64,000 bases of DNA from Dehalococcoidia bacterium (GCA_035542855.1 DATKKM010000053.1:7821-71820), one strand, 5' to 3'; shown: positions 9,843-21,500, counted from the first letter of the stretch. A program made the numbers and translations. Notes: generated from the sequence alone by a model not told the origin.

Positions 9843-11018
9843 CTACGCTCGGGTTCGCACGGACGCCAGGCGCGCCGCTGCGTCCCACACCCGGGTCCAG
9901 GCGTCCTCCACGAACGCGGCGTGCTTGTCCGCCTGCCCGGCGACTGCGTCCGCCTCCGCCCACAGCTCACCCTCCAGCGGCGCGAACGTCTCGCGGATGC
10001 GGGAAAGTGCGGCGTCGTCAGCTTCGGCCCACTGGCGGAGCGCTTCGAAGGCGTGCCAGGTGGCCGGCTCGGCGAGCGCGACCGGGACGGCGTGGGGCGG
10101 GAAGACGGGCACGTAGACGCTTACGCACGGCTGCCCCGGCGCGACCCAGGCCCGGAGCGGGCGCCCGGGATCGGCGGGAAGCGCCGTGATGATGGACGAA
10201 GTCGTGTTCTGGAAGCCGCGGAGGTGCATGCAGACGCTGATGCCGCGGCCGCTGACCGGCTCGAAGTCCGGCGGGATGCCGGCCGGGCCGCCGTGATTGC
10301 GCAGGTGCGCGGCGAGGGTCGCCGGCGTGACCTCCCCGGCCAGGCAGGCGTTGCTGGCGGCGAGGCGGACGTCGGCGTGGCCGGTGGGCGCGCGCGGATG
10401 GCGGCGCTCGTCCCAGTCATCGCCCGGCGCGACGTCTTCCGAGGCGCGCGTCCAGTCCCGGCCTATGCTGATGCGGTTGGAGATCGCGGCGCGGCCTTCG
10501 ACACGCTTCGCGGCCCAGCAGCGGCCGCTGGTCTCCAGCACCCAGGCGTTCGCCGGGTCGCAGATCAGGAACGAGGAGAAGTACGATTCGCCGGTGGACT
10601 GATCGCAGACGCCGCCCTGGCCGTGGCGTTCTAGCGCAGACGTCATCGCCTCCAGCGCTTCATCGGCGCTGCGCCCGCGCTCAAGGCCCAAGCGCACGAG
10701 GTCCATGCCCGTGAGGCCGGGCGCCTCCTTGTTCGGGTTGAGGCGGGTGTACAGCTTCTCGTTGCCGATGGCGATGCGGTGCTCGTTGACGCCGTGCTCG
10801 AACCCCCAGCCCCACTCCGGCCGCGAGCCGAGGAGCGCGGCTGCGCCGGCGTCTTCGATCTCAATATGGGTGGCGCGAACGGCGCCGCCTGCCCGCCCTT
10901 CGTGAGCCTCAGGACGAGCGGGGTACGCCTCGATCAGCTGGGCTTCGGAGGATGGGCGGTCGGAGTTCTTGGCGAAGAGCGCGCCGTCCGGGCTGATCGC
11001 GCAGAGGCTATCGCACAC
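9843..11018 (-). CDS. Ntn-hydrolase superfamily protein with Cys2 nucleophile (C69/secernin-like peptidase family)
   Basis: Starts MCDSLCA..., with Cys directly after the initiator Met as in Ntn hydrolases of the C69/C45 type. The family call is inferred from that alone. Confidence 0.4.
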   Translation of the reverse strand: MCDSLCAISPDGALFAKNSDRPSSEAQLIEAYPARPEAHEGRAGGAVRATHIEIEDAGAAALLGSRPEWGWGFEHGVNEHRIAIGNEKLYTRLNPNKEAPGLTGMDLVRLGLERGRSADEALEAMTSALERHGQGGVCDQSTGESYFSSFLICDPANAWVLETSGRCWAAKRVEGRAAISNRISIGRDWTRASEDVAPGDDWDERRHPRAPTGHADVRLAASNACLAGEVTPATLAAHLRNHGGPAGIPPDFEPVSGRGISVCMHLRGFQNTTSSIITALPADPGRPLRAWVAPGQPCVSVYVPVFPPHAVPVALAEPATWHAFEALRQWAEADDAALSRIRETFAPLEGELWAEADAVAGQADKHAAFVEDAWTRVWDAAARLASVRTRA

Positions 11019-11024
11019 GGTGGC

Positions 11025-11609
11025 CTACTGCGCGGGCGGCGGGATGAGCAGCGTCTCGCCAGGGTGGAGGTACTCGTCGAGCGTGCGCCCGTTGTACTCG
11101 GCAAGCGTGAAGCCGTCCACCCCGAACGCTTCGGCCACGCCGAACCAGGTGTCGCCGTCCTGGACCACGTATTCGGTGGGGCCCGGAGTCGGCGTGGGCG
11201 GCGGAGTGGGTGTAGCGGTAGCGGCCTGCGTGGGGACCTCGGTAGGCAGCGGCGTGACGGTGGGCTCGCCGCCGGTTGCGGTCGGTTCGGCGGGCGCCGT
11301 TGTCGCGCCGGCGGGGGTGAGGGCGGGCGTTTCCGTTGGCTGCGTGACGACGCTGGCTTCTTCGCCGGGCACGGAGGGCGGGCGCACCATCAACCAGAGG
11401 GCGAGCACCGCGCCGCCGAACAGCCCGAAGAGCGCCACGCGGTAGAGGCTGCGGGACGGCGCCGCCTGCATCGGGTCTGCGCAAACGGCGCAGAGGTCAT
11501 CGCCGTGGTCGGCGCAAAATGGGTTGCCGCAGCGGCCACAGCGGGCGATCGCCTCGTTCTCACACGCAAAGCACTGCATCAGATAAGAAAACGCCGGGCC
11601 TGCACACAA
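11025..11609 (-). CDS. zinc-ribbon / TM / Pro-Thr-rich linker / LysM domain protein
   Basis: N-terminal CxxC...CxxC (CFACENEAIARCGRCGNPFC), a TM helix, a PT-rich linker, and a C-terminal LysM (YVVQDGDTWFGVAEAFGV...LLIPP). The start is uncertain (Met at 11609 or 11579). Confidence 0.6.
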   Translation of the reverse strand: MCAGPAFSYLMQCFACENEAIARCGRCGNPFCADHGDDLCAVCADPMQAAPSRSLYRVALFGLFGGAVLALWLMVRPPSVPGEEASVVTQPTETPALTPAGATTAPAEPTATGGEPTVTPLPTEVPTQAATATPTPPPTPTPGPTEYVVQDGDTWFGVAEAFGVDGFTLAEYNGRTLDEYLHPGETLLIPPPAQ

Positions 11610-11643
11610 GGTTCCGCATGCCGGGCCCGGCTATTGTATCGGA

Positions 11644-12063
11644 CTACTGGAGCTCGACGGTAGCGCCGGCTTCCTGCAGCTTCTTTACGGCCGCTTCCGC
11701 GTCTGACTTGGCGATGCCTTCCTTGACGTTCGTCGGGGCGGCTTCCACCAGGTCCTTTGCTTCCTTCAGGCCCAGGCTGGTGATCTCGCGCACGGCCTTG
11801 ATGACGTTGATCTTGTTCGCGCCGGCGTCCTTGAGGACGACGGTGAACTCGGTCTTCTCCTCGGCGGGGGCCGCAGCCGCGGCTTCGCCCGCCGCAGCCG
11901 GAGCGCCGGCAGCCATCGGCATGGCCATCGCCATGGGGGCGGCGGCCGTGATGCCGAACTCGTCCTGGATCTTCTGGTTGAGGTCGCGCAGCTCCAGGAT
12001 CGTCATCTCCTTGATGATGTCCAGGACCTGGTCGACCTTTCCGCCTTCTGCTGTCTTCGCCAT
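11644..12063 (-). CDS. rplL: 50S ribosomal protein L7/L12
   Basis: [28 protein letters not shown]... plus an Ala-rich hinge and conserved C-terminal domain. Confidence 0.95.
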   Translation of the reverse strand: MAKTAEGGKVDQVLDIIKEMTILELRDLNQKIQDEFGITAAAPMAMAMPMAAGAPAAAGEAAAAAPAEEKTEFTVVLKDAGANKINVIKAVREITSLGLKEAKDLVEAAPTNVKEGIAKSDAEAAVKKLQEAGATVELQ

Positions 12064-12096
12064 TTCGTGGTTCCTCCTTGTGATTCCGTGGTTGGT

Positions 12097-12654
12097 CTAG
12101 GCTGCTTCCATCTGCTTGGCGCGCGCCTCGATCAGGCCGGGCAACTCGCTGAGCAGAGACTGGAAGAGCTGGGTGAGCTCCTGCAGGGGCGCGTCCAGCA
12201 GGCCGATGAAGTTCTGCAGCGGCGAATTCATCTGGCCCATGAACTGCGCGAGCAGGACGGGTTTCGGCGGGATCTTGGTCAGGTCTTTGAGGTCGTTGGC
12301 GGAAAGGACGCTGCCCTCCAGGAAGCCGCCGCGCAGCTTGAACGCCTGCGGTGCGCTCTGGGCGTAGTCCGTTACCGCCTTCGCCGCCTCGATCACGTCA
12401 CCGTAGGCGAGGGCGAGCGCCGTCGGCCCTTCAACGATCTTCGTGACGTCTTCGCGGCCGGCCTGCTCCGCGGCCAGCTTCAGCAGCGTGTTCTTGACCA
12501 CCTTCACGTCGAAGCCGCCCTCGCGCAGCTTCTTGCGCAGGGCTGTCATCTCCTTGACGGTGAGGCCGCGGTATTCGGTGCTGACCACCATGGTGGCGCG
12601 CTCCAGCCGCTCCTTCAGATCGGCTACCGTATCGACCTTTTCCTGTGTGGGCAT
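12097..12654 (-). CDS. rplJ: 50S ribosomal protein L10
   Basis: MPTQEKVDTVADLKERLERATMVVSTEYRGLTVKEM... The start was moved to the Met at 12654, which has a GGAGGG Shine-Dalgarno. The six-frame ORF extends upstream into the leader. Confidence 0.9.
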   Translation of the reverse strand: MPTQEKVDTVADLKERLERATMVVSTEYRGLTVKEMTALRKKLREGGFDVKVVKNTLLKLAAEQAGREDVTKIVEGPTALALAYGDVIEAAKAVTDYAQSAPQAFKLRGGFLEGSVLSANDLKDLTKIPPKPVLLAQFMGQMNSPLQNFIGLLDAPLQELTQLFQSLLSELPGLIEARAKQMEAA

Positions 12655-12966
12655 AGGCCCTCCGTTTCTCGTGGCGGGTGCGGTTTCCCGCCCCGCCGTT
12701 GGAAGCCTGAAGGCTTCCGCTACGCGTTCCATCTGGCAAGAAAAAAACCCTTGCCTGTGAGGCAAGGGACAAAGTGGTCCGCCTCAGGCGGACGCCCGGT
12801 CCTGCTGCCTCGGCGGGCTTCTCTTGCGAGAACTTAACTGCTTGTGCGAGACCCGCTGTCTTCGGCTGAAGACGTCATTCGTTTGTAGGAACAGAGCTAG
12901 AGCCCTGTCCGCCGTCAAATCGACGCGCGAGGCGGATTGTATCCGATTCGCCTCGCTTGCCGCAAT
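12655..12966 (-). promoter_or_regulatory. rplJ leader region (candidate L10-leader autoregulatory element / attenuator)
   Basis: 312-nt untranslated spacer between rplA and rplJ containing several GC hairpins and a hairpin plus U7. L10 leaders are known at this position in many bacteria. Confidence 0.4.
12741..12768 (-). terminator. intrinsic terminator/attenuator hairpin + U7 inside rplJ leader
   Basis: Minus strand CCCUUGCC-UCACA-GGCAAGGG followed by UUUUUUU, which is plus-strand A7 at 12741-12747. Lies 86 nt upstream of the rplJ start. Confidence 0.55.
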
Positions 12967-13689
12967 CTAGGCCGCGGCGCCGGCGAAGGCGCCGGTGGTG
13001 GCGGCGATGTCCAGGCGGATGCCGGGGCTCATCGTCGTGGTCAGCGTCATGGAGCGCAGGTATACGCCCTTGGCGCCGCCCGGCTTCTCGCGCACGATCG
13101 CCTCGACGAGGGCACCCAGGTTGTCGAGGAGCGCCTGCTGGTCGAAGCTGATCTTGCCGATCGGCACGTGCACCAGGTTCGTGCGGTCTGTGCGGAATTC
13201 GACGCGGCCCTGCTTGGCGTCCTTGATCGCCTTGGGTAGGTCGTCCGGGTCGACGACGGTGTTGGTGCGCGGGTTGGGCATGAGGCCGCGGGGGCCGAGC
13301 ACGCGGCCCAGACGGCCGACCTTCCCCATCATCTCCTTGGTGGCCAGGGCGATCTCGAAGTCCAGGTACCCGCCTTCGATTTTCTTGACCAGGTCATCGC
13401 CGCCGACTTCGTCAGCGCCGGCCTGTTCGGCGATGCGGGCGGCCTCGCCCTCGGCGAAGACGAGCACGCGCTGGCCCTTGCCCAGGCCGTGCGGCAGGAC
13501 GATCGTCCCGCGCAGCTGCTGGTCGGCGTGGCGCGTGTCGAGTCCGGTGCGGATGTGCAACTCGACGGTCTCGTCGAACTTGGCGAAGGCGATCTCCTTG
13601 AGGAGGGCGACGGCCTCCTTAGGCTCGTACTCTTTCAGGTGCTCCACCTTTTCGGCGGCGGCGATGTACTTCTTTCCGTGCTGTGGCAT
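12967..13689 (-). CDS. rplA: 50S ribosomal protein L1
   Basis: [32 protein letters not shown]... Confidence 0.95.
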   Translation of the reverse strand: MPQHGKKYIAAAEKVEHLKEYEPKEAVALLKEIAFAKFDETVELHIRTGLDTRHADQQLRGTIVLPHGLGKGQRVLVFAEGEAARIAEQAGADEVGGDDLVKKIEGGYLDFEIALATKEMMGKVGRLGRVLGPRGLMPNPRTNTVVDPDDLPKAIKDAKQGRVEFRTDRTNLVHVPIGKISFDQQALLDNLGALVEAIVREKPGGAKGVYLRSMTLTTTMSPGIRLDIAATTGAFAGAAA

Positions 13690-13700
13690 GTCGATTCCCC

Positions 13701-14126
13701 CTAGCCCGCCACGTCCACGCCCATGCTGCGGGCGGTGCCTTCGACCATCTTCATGGCGGCTTCGATGTCGTTCGCGTTGAGGTCGCGCATCTTGGTCTCG
13801 GCGATCTTGCGGACCTGGTCGCGGCTGAGCGTGCCGACCTTGTCGCGCTTCTGCTGGGCGCTGCCCTTTTCGATGCCGAGCGCCTTGCGGATGAGGTCAG
13901 AGGCGGGCGGCGTCTTCATGATGAAGGAGAAGGAGCGGTCTTCGAAGACGGTGATCTCCACCGGCACGATGCTGCCGGCCTGGTTGGCGGTCTTCTCGTT
14001 GTACTCCTTGCAGAACGCCATGATGTTGGCGCCGTGCTGGCCCAGGGCGGGGCCGACCGGCGGCGCGGGCGTAGCCTGCCCGGCCGGGAGCTGGAGCTTG
14101 ATTATCGCGCGGACTTTCTTAGCCAT
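13701..14126 (-). CDS. rplK: 50S ribosomal protein L11
   Basis: [43 protein letters not shown]... Confidence 0.95.
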   Translation of the reverse strand: MAKKVRAIIKLQLPAGQATPAPPVGPALGQHGANIMAFCKEYNEKTANQAGSIVPVEITVFEDRSFSFIMKTPPASDLIRKALGIEKGSAQQKRDKVGTLSRDQVRKIAETKMRDLNANDIEAAMKMVEGTARSMGVDVAG

Positions 14127-14170
14127 GTCTGTACACTCTTTCGGTCAGGGATTTCTCCCCGCCGGTGGCG

Positions 14171-14848
14171 CTAGAGGCGCTCCACCTGCAGGAAGTCGAG
14201 CTCGACCGGGGTCTCCCGGCCGAAGATGGAGACGGCCACCTTCACCTTGCCCTTCTCCGTGTTGATCTCTTCCACCGTGCCCACGAAGTCGGAGAATGGC
14301 CCATCGATGACGCGCACGCTCTGGCCTTCCTGGAAGCCCACCTTCACACGCGGCTCCTCCGCCTTCATCTGGCGGATGATCGATCGCACTTCGGTCTCTT
14401 CCAGCGGCGTTGGCGTGGTGCCGGAGCCGACGAAGCCCGTGACGCCGGGCGAGTTGCGGACGACGGTCCAGGCCTTGCTGGACTGGGCCTTCTCTGCCTC
14501 TGAGGCCTCCGGGTCGTCCTGCTTGAGGGCCATCATCTGCACCAGCACGTAGCCGGGGAAGATCTTGCGCGGCACCGTGCGGCGCTGGCCGTCCCTGATC
14601 TCGATCTCGTCCACGGAGGGGACGACGACGCGGAAGACCAGGTCTTCTGCGTCCATGGACTTGATGCGCTGGTCCAGGTTCGTCTTCACGCGGTCTTCGT
14701 AGCCGGAGTAGGTGTGGACGACGTACCAGGCGCGCCCCTGCTGGAACAGCTCTTCTTCGGGGATGATCTCCCGCTGCTTCTTGGAGGGCGTTGGTGCAGG
14801 TGCTTCCTCCACCGCCACTTGATCGCCGCCGCGCCTCTTCTTAGCCAT
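14171..14848 (-). CDS. nusG: transcription termination/antitermination factor NusG
   Basis: NGN domain (WYVVHTYSGYEDRVK) plus a C-terminal KOW (VRVIDGPFSDFVGTVEEI...). Has an N-terminal basic extension. Confidence 0.9.
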   Translation of the reverse strand: MAKKRRGGDQVAVEEAPAPTPSKKQREIIPEEELFQQGRAWYVVHTYSGYEDRVKTNLDQRIKSMDAEDLVFRVVVPSVDEIEIRDGQRRTVPRKIFPGYVLVQMMALKQDDPEASEAEKAQSSKAWTVVRNSPGVTGFVGSGTTPTPLEETEVRSIIRQMKAEEPRVKVGFQEGQSVRVIDGPFSDFVGTVEEINTEKGKVKVAVSIFGRETPVELDFLQVERL

Positions 14849-14856
14849 CAGATGTC

Positions 14857-15171
14857 CTAGTTACGCAGCAGCGTGTGGTCGATCAGCTGGGCGAAGCCCA
14901 TGTCGATAGCGCCCAGCACCGCGCCGGTGATGATTGTGATGATGACGACGACGACAGTCAGGTGCCAGACGTCGTAGCGGGAGGGCCAGACCACCTTACG
15001 CAGCTCGCTGATGATGTCCAGGGCCCAGCGGGGCTTGTACCAGGCGCCGCGTACGGCGGGAGCCGTGCGCGCGGCGGTGCTGGTGCGGCCCAGGGCCCGC
15101 GCCGGGTTGCGCGGCGCCTTTTCGGTCTTTGGTTCTTTCAGCTGCTGCCGGCGGACGGCGCGGTTGGCCAT
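14857..15171 (-). CDS. secE: preprotein translocase subunit SecE
   Basis: 104 aa with a single C-terminal TM (VVVVIITIITGAVLGAID). Canonical position upstream of nusG. Confidence 0.85.
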   Translation of the reverse strand: MANRAVRRQQLKEPKTEKAPRNPARALGRTSTAARTAPAVRGAWYKPRWALDIISELRKVVWPSRYDVWHLTVVVVIITIITGAVLGAIDMGFAQLIDHTLLRN

Positions 15172-15174
15172 TGG

Positions 15175-15339
15175 TTAACGGGCCTCTCTGTGCACGCGGT
15201 GCACTCGGCACCTGGGGCAATACTTGCGCAGCTCCAGGCGCTCCGCGTCGTTGCGCTTGTTTTTTTCAGTCGTGTAGCTACGCTGGCGGCACTCTGTGCA
15301 CGCCAGGTCAACGGTTACGCGGTCTTCCTTCTTAGCCAT
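15175..15339 (-). CDS. rpmG: 50S ribosomal protein L33
   Basis: Hand-translated from the 15339-15175 minus strand: [54 protein letters not shown], the CxxC...CxxC L33 fold. Not in the ORF track because it is under 60 aa. Confidence 0.85.
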   Translation of the reverse strand: MAKKEDRVTVDLACTECRQRSYTTEKNKRNDAERLELRKYCPRCRVHRVHREAR

Positions 15340-15351
15340 TCGTCCTCAATG

Positions 15352-16551
<1,200 letters not shown>

Positions 16552-16705
16552 TTATTGGGTTCCTCCTGTGTTTCGCGGGTACTGCCAGCCGGCGGGCGCT
16601 TTGCCCACAGCCTGAAGGCCGACCTGCCTATGATAACCCGGCGAATCTGTACAGGGAATCCGCTCTGCGCGGGCCCCGCACGGCTTCACCGTTCGTCTCC
16701 TGGGC

Positions 16706-16781
16706 TGGAGCCGACGATCGGACTCGAACCGATGACCCCGTTCTTACCAAGAACGTGCTCTACCAACTGAGCTACGTCGGC
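16706..16781 (-). tRNA. tRNA-Thr (anticodon GGT)
   Basis: The reverse complement gives GCCGACGUAGCUCAGUUGGUAGAGCACGUUCUUGGUAAGAACGGGGUCAUCGGUUCGAGUCCGAUCGUCGGCUCCA. Anticodon loop UUGGUAA, T-loop GGUUCGAGUCC, encoded CCA. Confidence 0.9.
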
Positions 16782-16804
16782 GCCGCTATTCTGTTAGGGC
16801 GGTA

Positions 16805-16891
16805 TGGTGGCGGGAGCAGGATTCGAACCTGCGTAGCCCGAAGGGCGCCGAGTTTACAGCCCGGTGCAATTGACCGCTCTGCCATCCCGCC
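16805..16891 (-). tRNA. tRNA-Tyr (anticodon GTA), long variable arm
   Basis: The reverse complement gives GGCGGGAUGGCAGAGCGGUCAAUUGCACCGGGCUGUAAACUCGGCGCCCUUCGGGCUACGCAGGUUCGAAUCCUGCUCCCGCCACCA. Anticodon loop CUGUAAA, 87 nt class II tRNA. Confidence 0.9.
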
Positions 16892-16981
16892 AGGGACTCT
16901 ACATCGGGAACGGGAACAGCGGCGAGGAACAAGTATACGCCTGTCTCCGGGCCCTGTTCCTATTCCTCGGTTCCTTTGCTC

Positions 16982-17056
16982 TGGAGCCGAAGGTGGGATT
17001 CGAACCCACAACCTGGCGATTACAAATCGCCTGCGCTACCATTGCGCCACTTCGGC
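16982..17056 (-). tRNA. tRNA-Thr (anticodon TGT)
   Basis: The reverse complement gives GCCGAAGUGGCGCAAUGGUAGCGCAGGCGAUUUGUAAUCGCCAGGUUGUGGGUUCGAAUCCCACCUUCGGCUCCA. Anticodon loop UUUGUAA. Confidence 0.9.
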
Positions 17057-17071
17057 ACGGAGTACCAGACC

Positions 17072-17095
17072 AAAAAAAGTCGCCCCCGAGGGCGA
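17072..17095 (-). terminator. intrinsic terminator-like hairpin + U7 just upstream of tRNA cluster
   Basis: Plus-strand A7 (17072-17078) followed by TCGCCC-CCGA-GGGCGA. On the minus strand this reads as a hairpin then UUUUUUU. Confidence 0.45.
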
Positions 17096-17212
17096 GTGGT
17101 TTAAGTATAGGGTTGTCCACATAGCGCGTCAAGGAAGGCGCAAGTGAATCCCCGCCCGCTCCTCCCGCCGTAGTTACATGCAGAATCAGGCTCTAGCGGA
17201 AGGAAGGCCCTT

Positions 17213-17614
17213 ATGCGCACACGGCTCCTCGTTCTCGCGTTTGCAGTCCTGGCGGCGGCGGCTCTATTGACAGCGGCCTGCGGCGGTGATGACGACGACA
17301 GCGGCGGCACCGCCACCCAAACGACGTCAGCTACCAACACCGGCGGCTCTGGAGAGGCCAAGGACGTAACGATCAACGCCTCCGGATTCGCCTTCGACAC
17401 CACCTCCATCACGGCCAAGGCAGGCCAGACCGTCAACATCACGCTCAAGAACGGCGACGGCACCGAGCACAGCTTCACCGTCGGCGACACGGACGTGACG
17501 GAGGCCGAGGGCGGGGACGAAGGCAGCGGCAGCTTCGTGGCTTCGTCCAGCACCACCGAGTTCCACTGCAAGTACCACCCGACGACGATGAAGGGCACGA
17601 TCACGGTCTCCTGA
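17213..17614 (+). CDS. cupredoxin (plastocyanin/azurin-like blue copper) lipoprotein
   Basis: Signal peptide with lipobox (LLTAACGG) and type-1 copper ligands H...C-x2-H-x4-M (EHSF...FHCKYHPTTMKG). GGAAGG Shine-Dalgarno. Confidence 0.7.
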   Translation: MRTRLLVLAFAVLAAAALLTAACGGDDDDSGGTATQTTSATNTGGSGEAKDVTINASGFAFDTTSITAKAGQTVNITLKNGDGTEHSFTVGDTDVTEAEGGDEGSGSFVASSSTTEFHCKYHPTTMKGTITVS

Positions 17615-17621
17615 CCGCGGC

Positions 17622-18404
17622 TTACGGCCGTCTGTACACCAGCAGGTCCAGCCGGTCGATGATGGGCCGCGGCTCGGTCTCCCGGGCCGCGGCTTCTTCT
17701 AGCCTGCGCTGCCCCTCGGCGAACTCTTCGTCCGTTATCAGTTGCAGCGTGCTGTCGGCGCGGGATGCGGTACGGGCCGCAGCCTCGCGCAGACTGCCCG
17801 CCGTCCCCAGGTCCACGAAGTCATCGGCCAGGTGGTCCAGCCCGCCATCGGCGAAGTCCGCCGTGATCTGCTCGGACGTCGGGAACTTTTCGACGATGCG
17901 CAGCGCCGCCGGGAAGTAGCGGAAGATGCTGAGCTGCCGCCGGCCCTCCTCCGAGTACCCGCCTGCGACGAGCACCAGCCCGCCCGGCCTGACCACGCGC
18001 ACCAGCTCCCGCGCGCAGGCGGCGCGGTCCGGCACGTGATGCACCATGTAGCCGAGCCAGGCCGCATCGCAAGAGGCGTCGCCTAGCGGGATCGATTCCG
18101 CGTCCCCGGCGCGGTACTCGACGCGCGGGTGGGACGCCTCGCGGACCGCCGCCTCGCGCATGCCGTCTGATGGCTCGACACCGGTCACCCGGCAGTCCAG
18201 CCAGCCGGCCAACCTGGGCGCGAACCGGCCACTGCCGCTGCCCAGGTCAAGGACGTGTTCGGGGTGTACGGTTCCCAGCCAGCGCACGATCGCCTCCCGC
18301 CAGGATGCCTCCGCGGACGGCGAAAGGGCGCGGGCCCGCGAGTAGCTGGCGGCCTGCCGTTCGTAGTCGACGGCGCCGGGGCGAAACTCGGTCACGCTGC
18401 ACAT
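17622..18404 (-). CDS. class I SAM-dependent methyltransferase (Methyltransf_11-like)
   Basis: VLDLGSGSGRF motif I. Start set at the internal Met (MCSVTEF...). The longer six-frame ORF adds an Arg-rich, non-protein-like N-terminus. Confidence 0.7.
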   Translation of the reverse strand: MCSVTEFRPGAVDYERQAASYSRARALSPSAEASWREAIVRWLGTVHPEHVLDLGSGSGRFAPRLAGWLDCRVTGVEPSDGMREAAVREASHPRVEYRAGDAESIPLGDASCDAAWLGYMVHHVPDRAACARELVRVVRPGGLVLVAGGYSEEGRRQLSIFRYFPAALRIVEKFPTSEQITADFADGGLDHLADDFVDLGTAGSLREAAARTASRADSTLQLITDEEFAEGQRRLEEAAARETEPRPIIDRLDLLVYRRP

Positions 18405-18541
18405 TATGATGCAAGCGGCCGGCACGAAGCCCGCCAGGAGGTTACGCGATGTGGATCCGGTTCTACGTGCCCTGCCCGACGCCGGAGCCGGGATCGATTC
18501 CGCGTCCGGCTGGAAGGCGAGGTCAGGGCGGTGCCGTTGCC

Positions 18542-21500
18542 CTAGTCCAGGAGCACCTGCGTACCAACCCGCGGACATTGGGCGGACGGAGTCGAAGGCA
18601 GGGCGGCGGCCAGCTTCAGGATGAGCGTAGCGTCCGCGCCGTCCGTCCCGCCGCTGCAGTCGAGGTCACCCCACTGGCGGCTTGCTCCGTTCACGCTGAT
18701 CGCCGAATCGACGGCCGGGCAACCCGGGGACTGGCTAACCGAGGCGCCAGAGCGAGCCGCCAGCTCCCGCAGCGCATCCATGGGCTGCACAGCGCCGCTG
18801 CAGTCGAAATCGCCCCATGTCCGGTGGGCTGAGTTCAAGAGTGTGATGGGAGCGCTGGTGGCGGCGGTTGTGTTCAGGCCGTCGCTGGCCAGGACGCGGA
18901 CCAGGAGTTGGTTGCCTTCCAGTTGGTTAGTGTCCAGCGTCAGTGACGGGTCCGTGATGTCCACTGCCAGAGGCAGCCACGTTTGGCCGTTATCGGGGCT
19001 ATACATCACCGCGTAGTTCAGGGGATCGCTGTCTGCATCGGTGGCCGTCCAGGTGATCGTCTGCTCGCCGCTCCAGTCGTGATCCGGTTGTGTGATGTTG
19101 ACTGTGGGCGCCGCCGCGCTGGCGTCGAGAGAGGCGAGCTCACTGTGGTTGAGCAAAACGCCGACATGGGTCGTGCCGGGCGGCAGCGGCACGCGGAGTG
19201 AGAAGGACTCCTCCGAAAGCGGCGCGAGCGTCCTGTGGTTGCGGAATGCGAGCAGGAAGCAGTAATCCAGCTCCGCACCGCCGCTCATATGCAGGCAGTA
19301 GTTGCCCATGGGGTTCGGCGGATCAGGCGGAGCAGCCGATTCAATGACGTAGGCTGAATCGATCGTCACGCCTCCGCCGGCTTGCGCAGTGCCAGTGATC
19401 ACGAGTTTCGGCGCCGCCGCCCCGGCAGGACGCCTTTCGCCAACGCTCTGCGGGTTGAAGTCCCCCTGGACCAGCTTCTTGTAATCGAACGGCGAGACCC
19501 AGATGTTTGTGCCGGGCGGTGAGCAATAGCTCAGCAGGTCCAACCTGGCTGCGGGGACGGGTTTCTTCGCCGCCACGTCAAAGCCGGTCTCCTGGATCGT
19601 CGAATCGCCGTAGGGCCAATCGGTCGTCCCGTCCTGGGCGCCGCAGCCGTCTGACAGGTTGGTATGGCGCAGGCCATAGTTGTGGCCAATCTCATGCGCC
19701 AGGGTGAAGGCGTGGTCCAGCGGGTCGGTGCTGCTGGTATCAACCTCCCACGTGACGCGCCCAGTGCTGCCCAGCCAGACGGGGTCGGACAGACCCAGCG
19801 TGCCGGTAGAGACGCCGCCGGGCGGCACCCAACCGGCCAGCTGGTCCGCCACGAAGCCGCCCATGGACATCAGGTTGTAGCGCTGCCGCAACGCCGCCGC
19901 CAGCGCGGAGTCTGAGGCAATCGTGGAGGGGTAGACGAGCGGCGGCACCGCCAGCTGCTCGTAAAACAACTCATCGTCGGCGACGGGGTAGAGCGTCTTG
20001 ATCAGCGCATCGCCGCTGGTGGCGATGGCGTTGCTCGGGCATACGGGCGCGGCTGCCGGGCCAATGCAGACCGGCAGGTACTTGATGATGAGGCCGTCCG
20101 TGTCCACGCTGGCGAAATCGAACGTCTCATCCAGCACAACGCGGCCGTCTGACCTGTCCGTCACCTCCAGCCGCACGGACCAGTCGCCGGCGGGGGGAGT
20201 GAAGTAGTAGTCCTGCGATGGGCAGCCGGCTTTCGCAATCCGGCGGTCCTTCGGCGTGCAGCCGGGCGTGATGGTCACGTCTTCTGACTTGCTCACCTCG
20301 CCCGTGACCTCGACGTGGTAATTCGTCGTCTGGTCCACGTCTGCCAGGTACACGCGCATCAGGGCGGCTTTCCCCGCCACGATTGGCACGGGTGGCTGCC
20401 CGTTTCCGGCAAGCGACGCCTGCAATTCGCCGATGGTCTGCAGTTGCTGGATGCCCTGCGTGAACTCCACCTGCAGCGGCGGCGGCGCCGGCCCCCAGTC
20501 AGGGGCCGATCCAGTTACGAGGAACGTGTCGTTGGCGCCCGTGACATCGATCAGGTGAATCTCCGAGCCGATGTTGTACGCGAGGCGCCGGCCGTCGGGA
20601 GACCAACTCGGGCCGGTGCTGCTTGGCGAACCGGGGACGAGCGAACGAGCTCCTGTCCCGTCGGCTTTCATCACTGACACTTCGTATGAGTTGCTGGATC
20701 CCGTCCGCAGTCCGTAGAACGCGATCTGGCTGCCGTCTGGTGACCAGTCAGCGCCCAATTCGACCACGGTTGGAGTGCGAGTGATGTTCACCGCAGCGCC
20801 ACCGCCTGGCGGGAGGGTGTAGAAGTCGTAGAACGGGGTAGTATCCGTTGGGCTGGTTCCGGCGGCGAAGAGAATGGCGCTGCCGTCTGGTGACCAGGCC
20901 AGGCTGTTAATGAAGTAGACCCCGGCCGGGGTGATCTTCTGCTCGGCGCCTGTGCCCAGATCGTGAACCCAGATGTCCTGGCGTCCGATGTCATCGCTGT
21001 TCGGATCGTCCCGAACCGTGGCGATCTCCAGCCCATCGGGCGACCAGGCAAAGCCGGCGGTGGTGGCGCCGATGGCGACACCGTTCGAGCCATCGGCATC
21101 GGCGACCACGATTTGGCCGCTCTGGATATAAGCGATGCTTCCGCCGTCAGGCGACCATCTTGGGAACACACCGCTGGACGTCACCAGTGTGTCCCCCGTG
21201 CCGTCCGGCAGGACTGTTCGAATCCCGCCCGCAGACAGGTAGGCGACGATGCCATCGTCGCCCGGAAGCGAGGCGGCCACGGACGCCGGCAATTGCCCGC
21301 TTCCGGCAAGCGACGCCTGCAATTCGCCGATGCTCTGCAGCTGCTGGATGCCCTGCGTGAACTCCACCTGGATGGAGGGCGGCAGCGGTTGCCAGCTGGG
21401 AAAACCACCGGCGGTAAGGACGGTTGCGTTGGAACCGTCACTGCGCATCGTCCACACCGCGGACGCACCGCTGGTGGTGTTGTAAGAGATCATGGATCCG

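Noticed and set aside
8289-10634. 781-aa plus-strand ORF spanning the Cof, radC and Ntn-hydrolase loci
   Set aside because: Antisense to three well-supported minus-strand genes. The composition is Arg/Gly/Ala-rich with no domain signal.
16892-16981. Expected tRNA-Gly between tRNA-Tyr and tRNA-Thr (as in E. coli thrU-tyrU-glyT-thrT)
   Set aside because: The 90-nt spacer has no T-loop (GTTCGAATC) or acceptor-stem pairing. Only three tRNAs are present.
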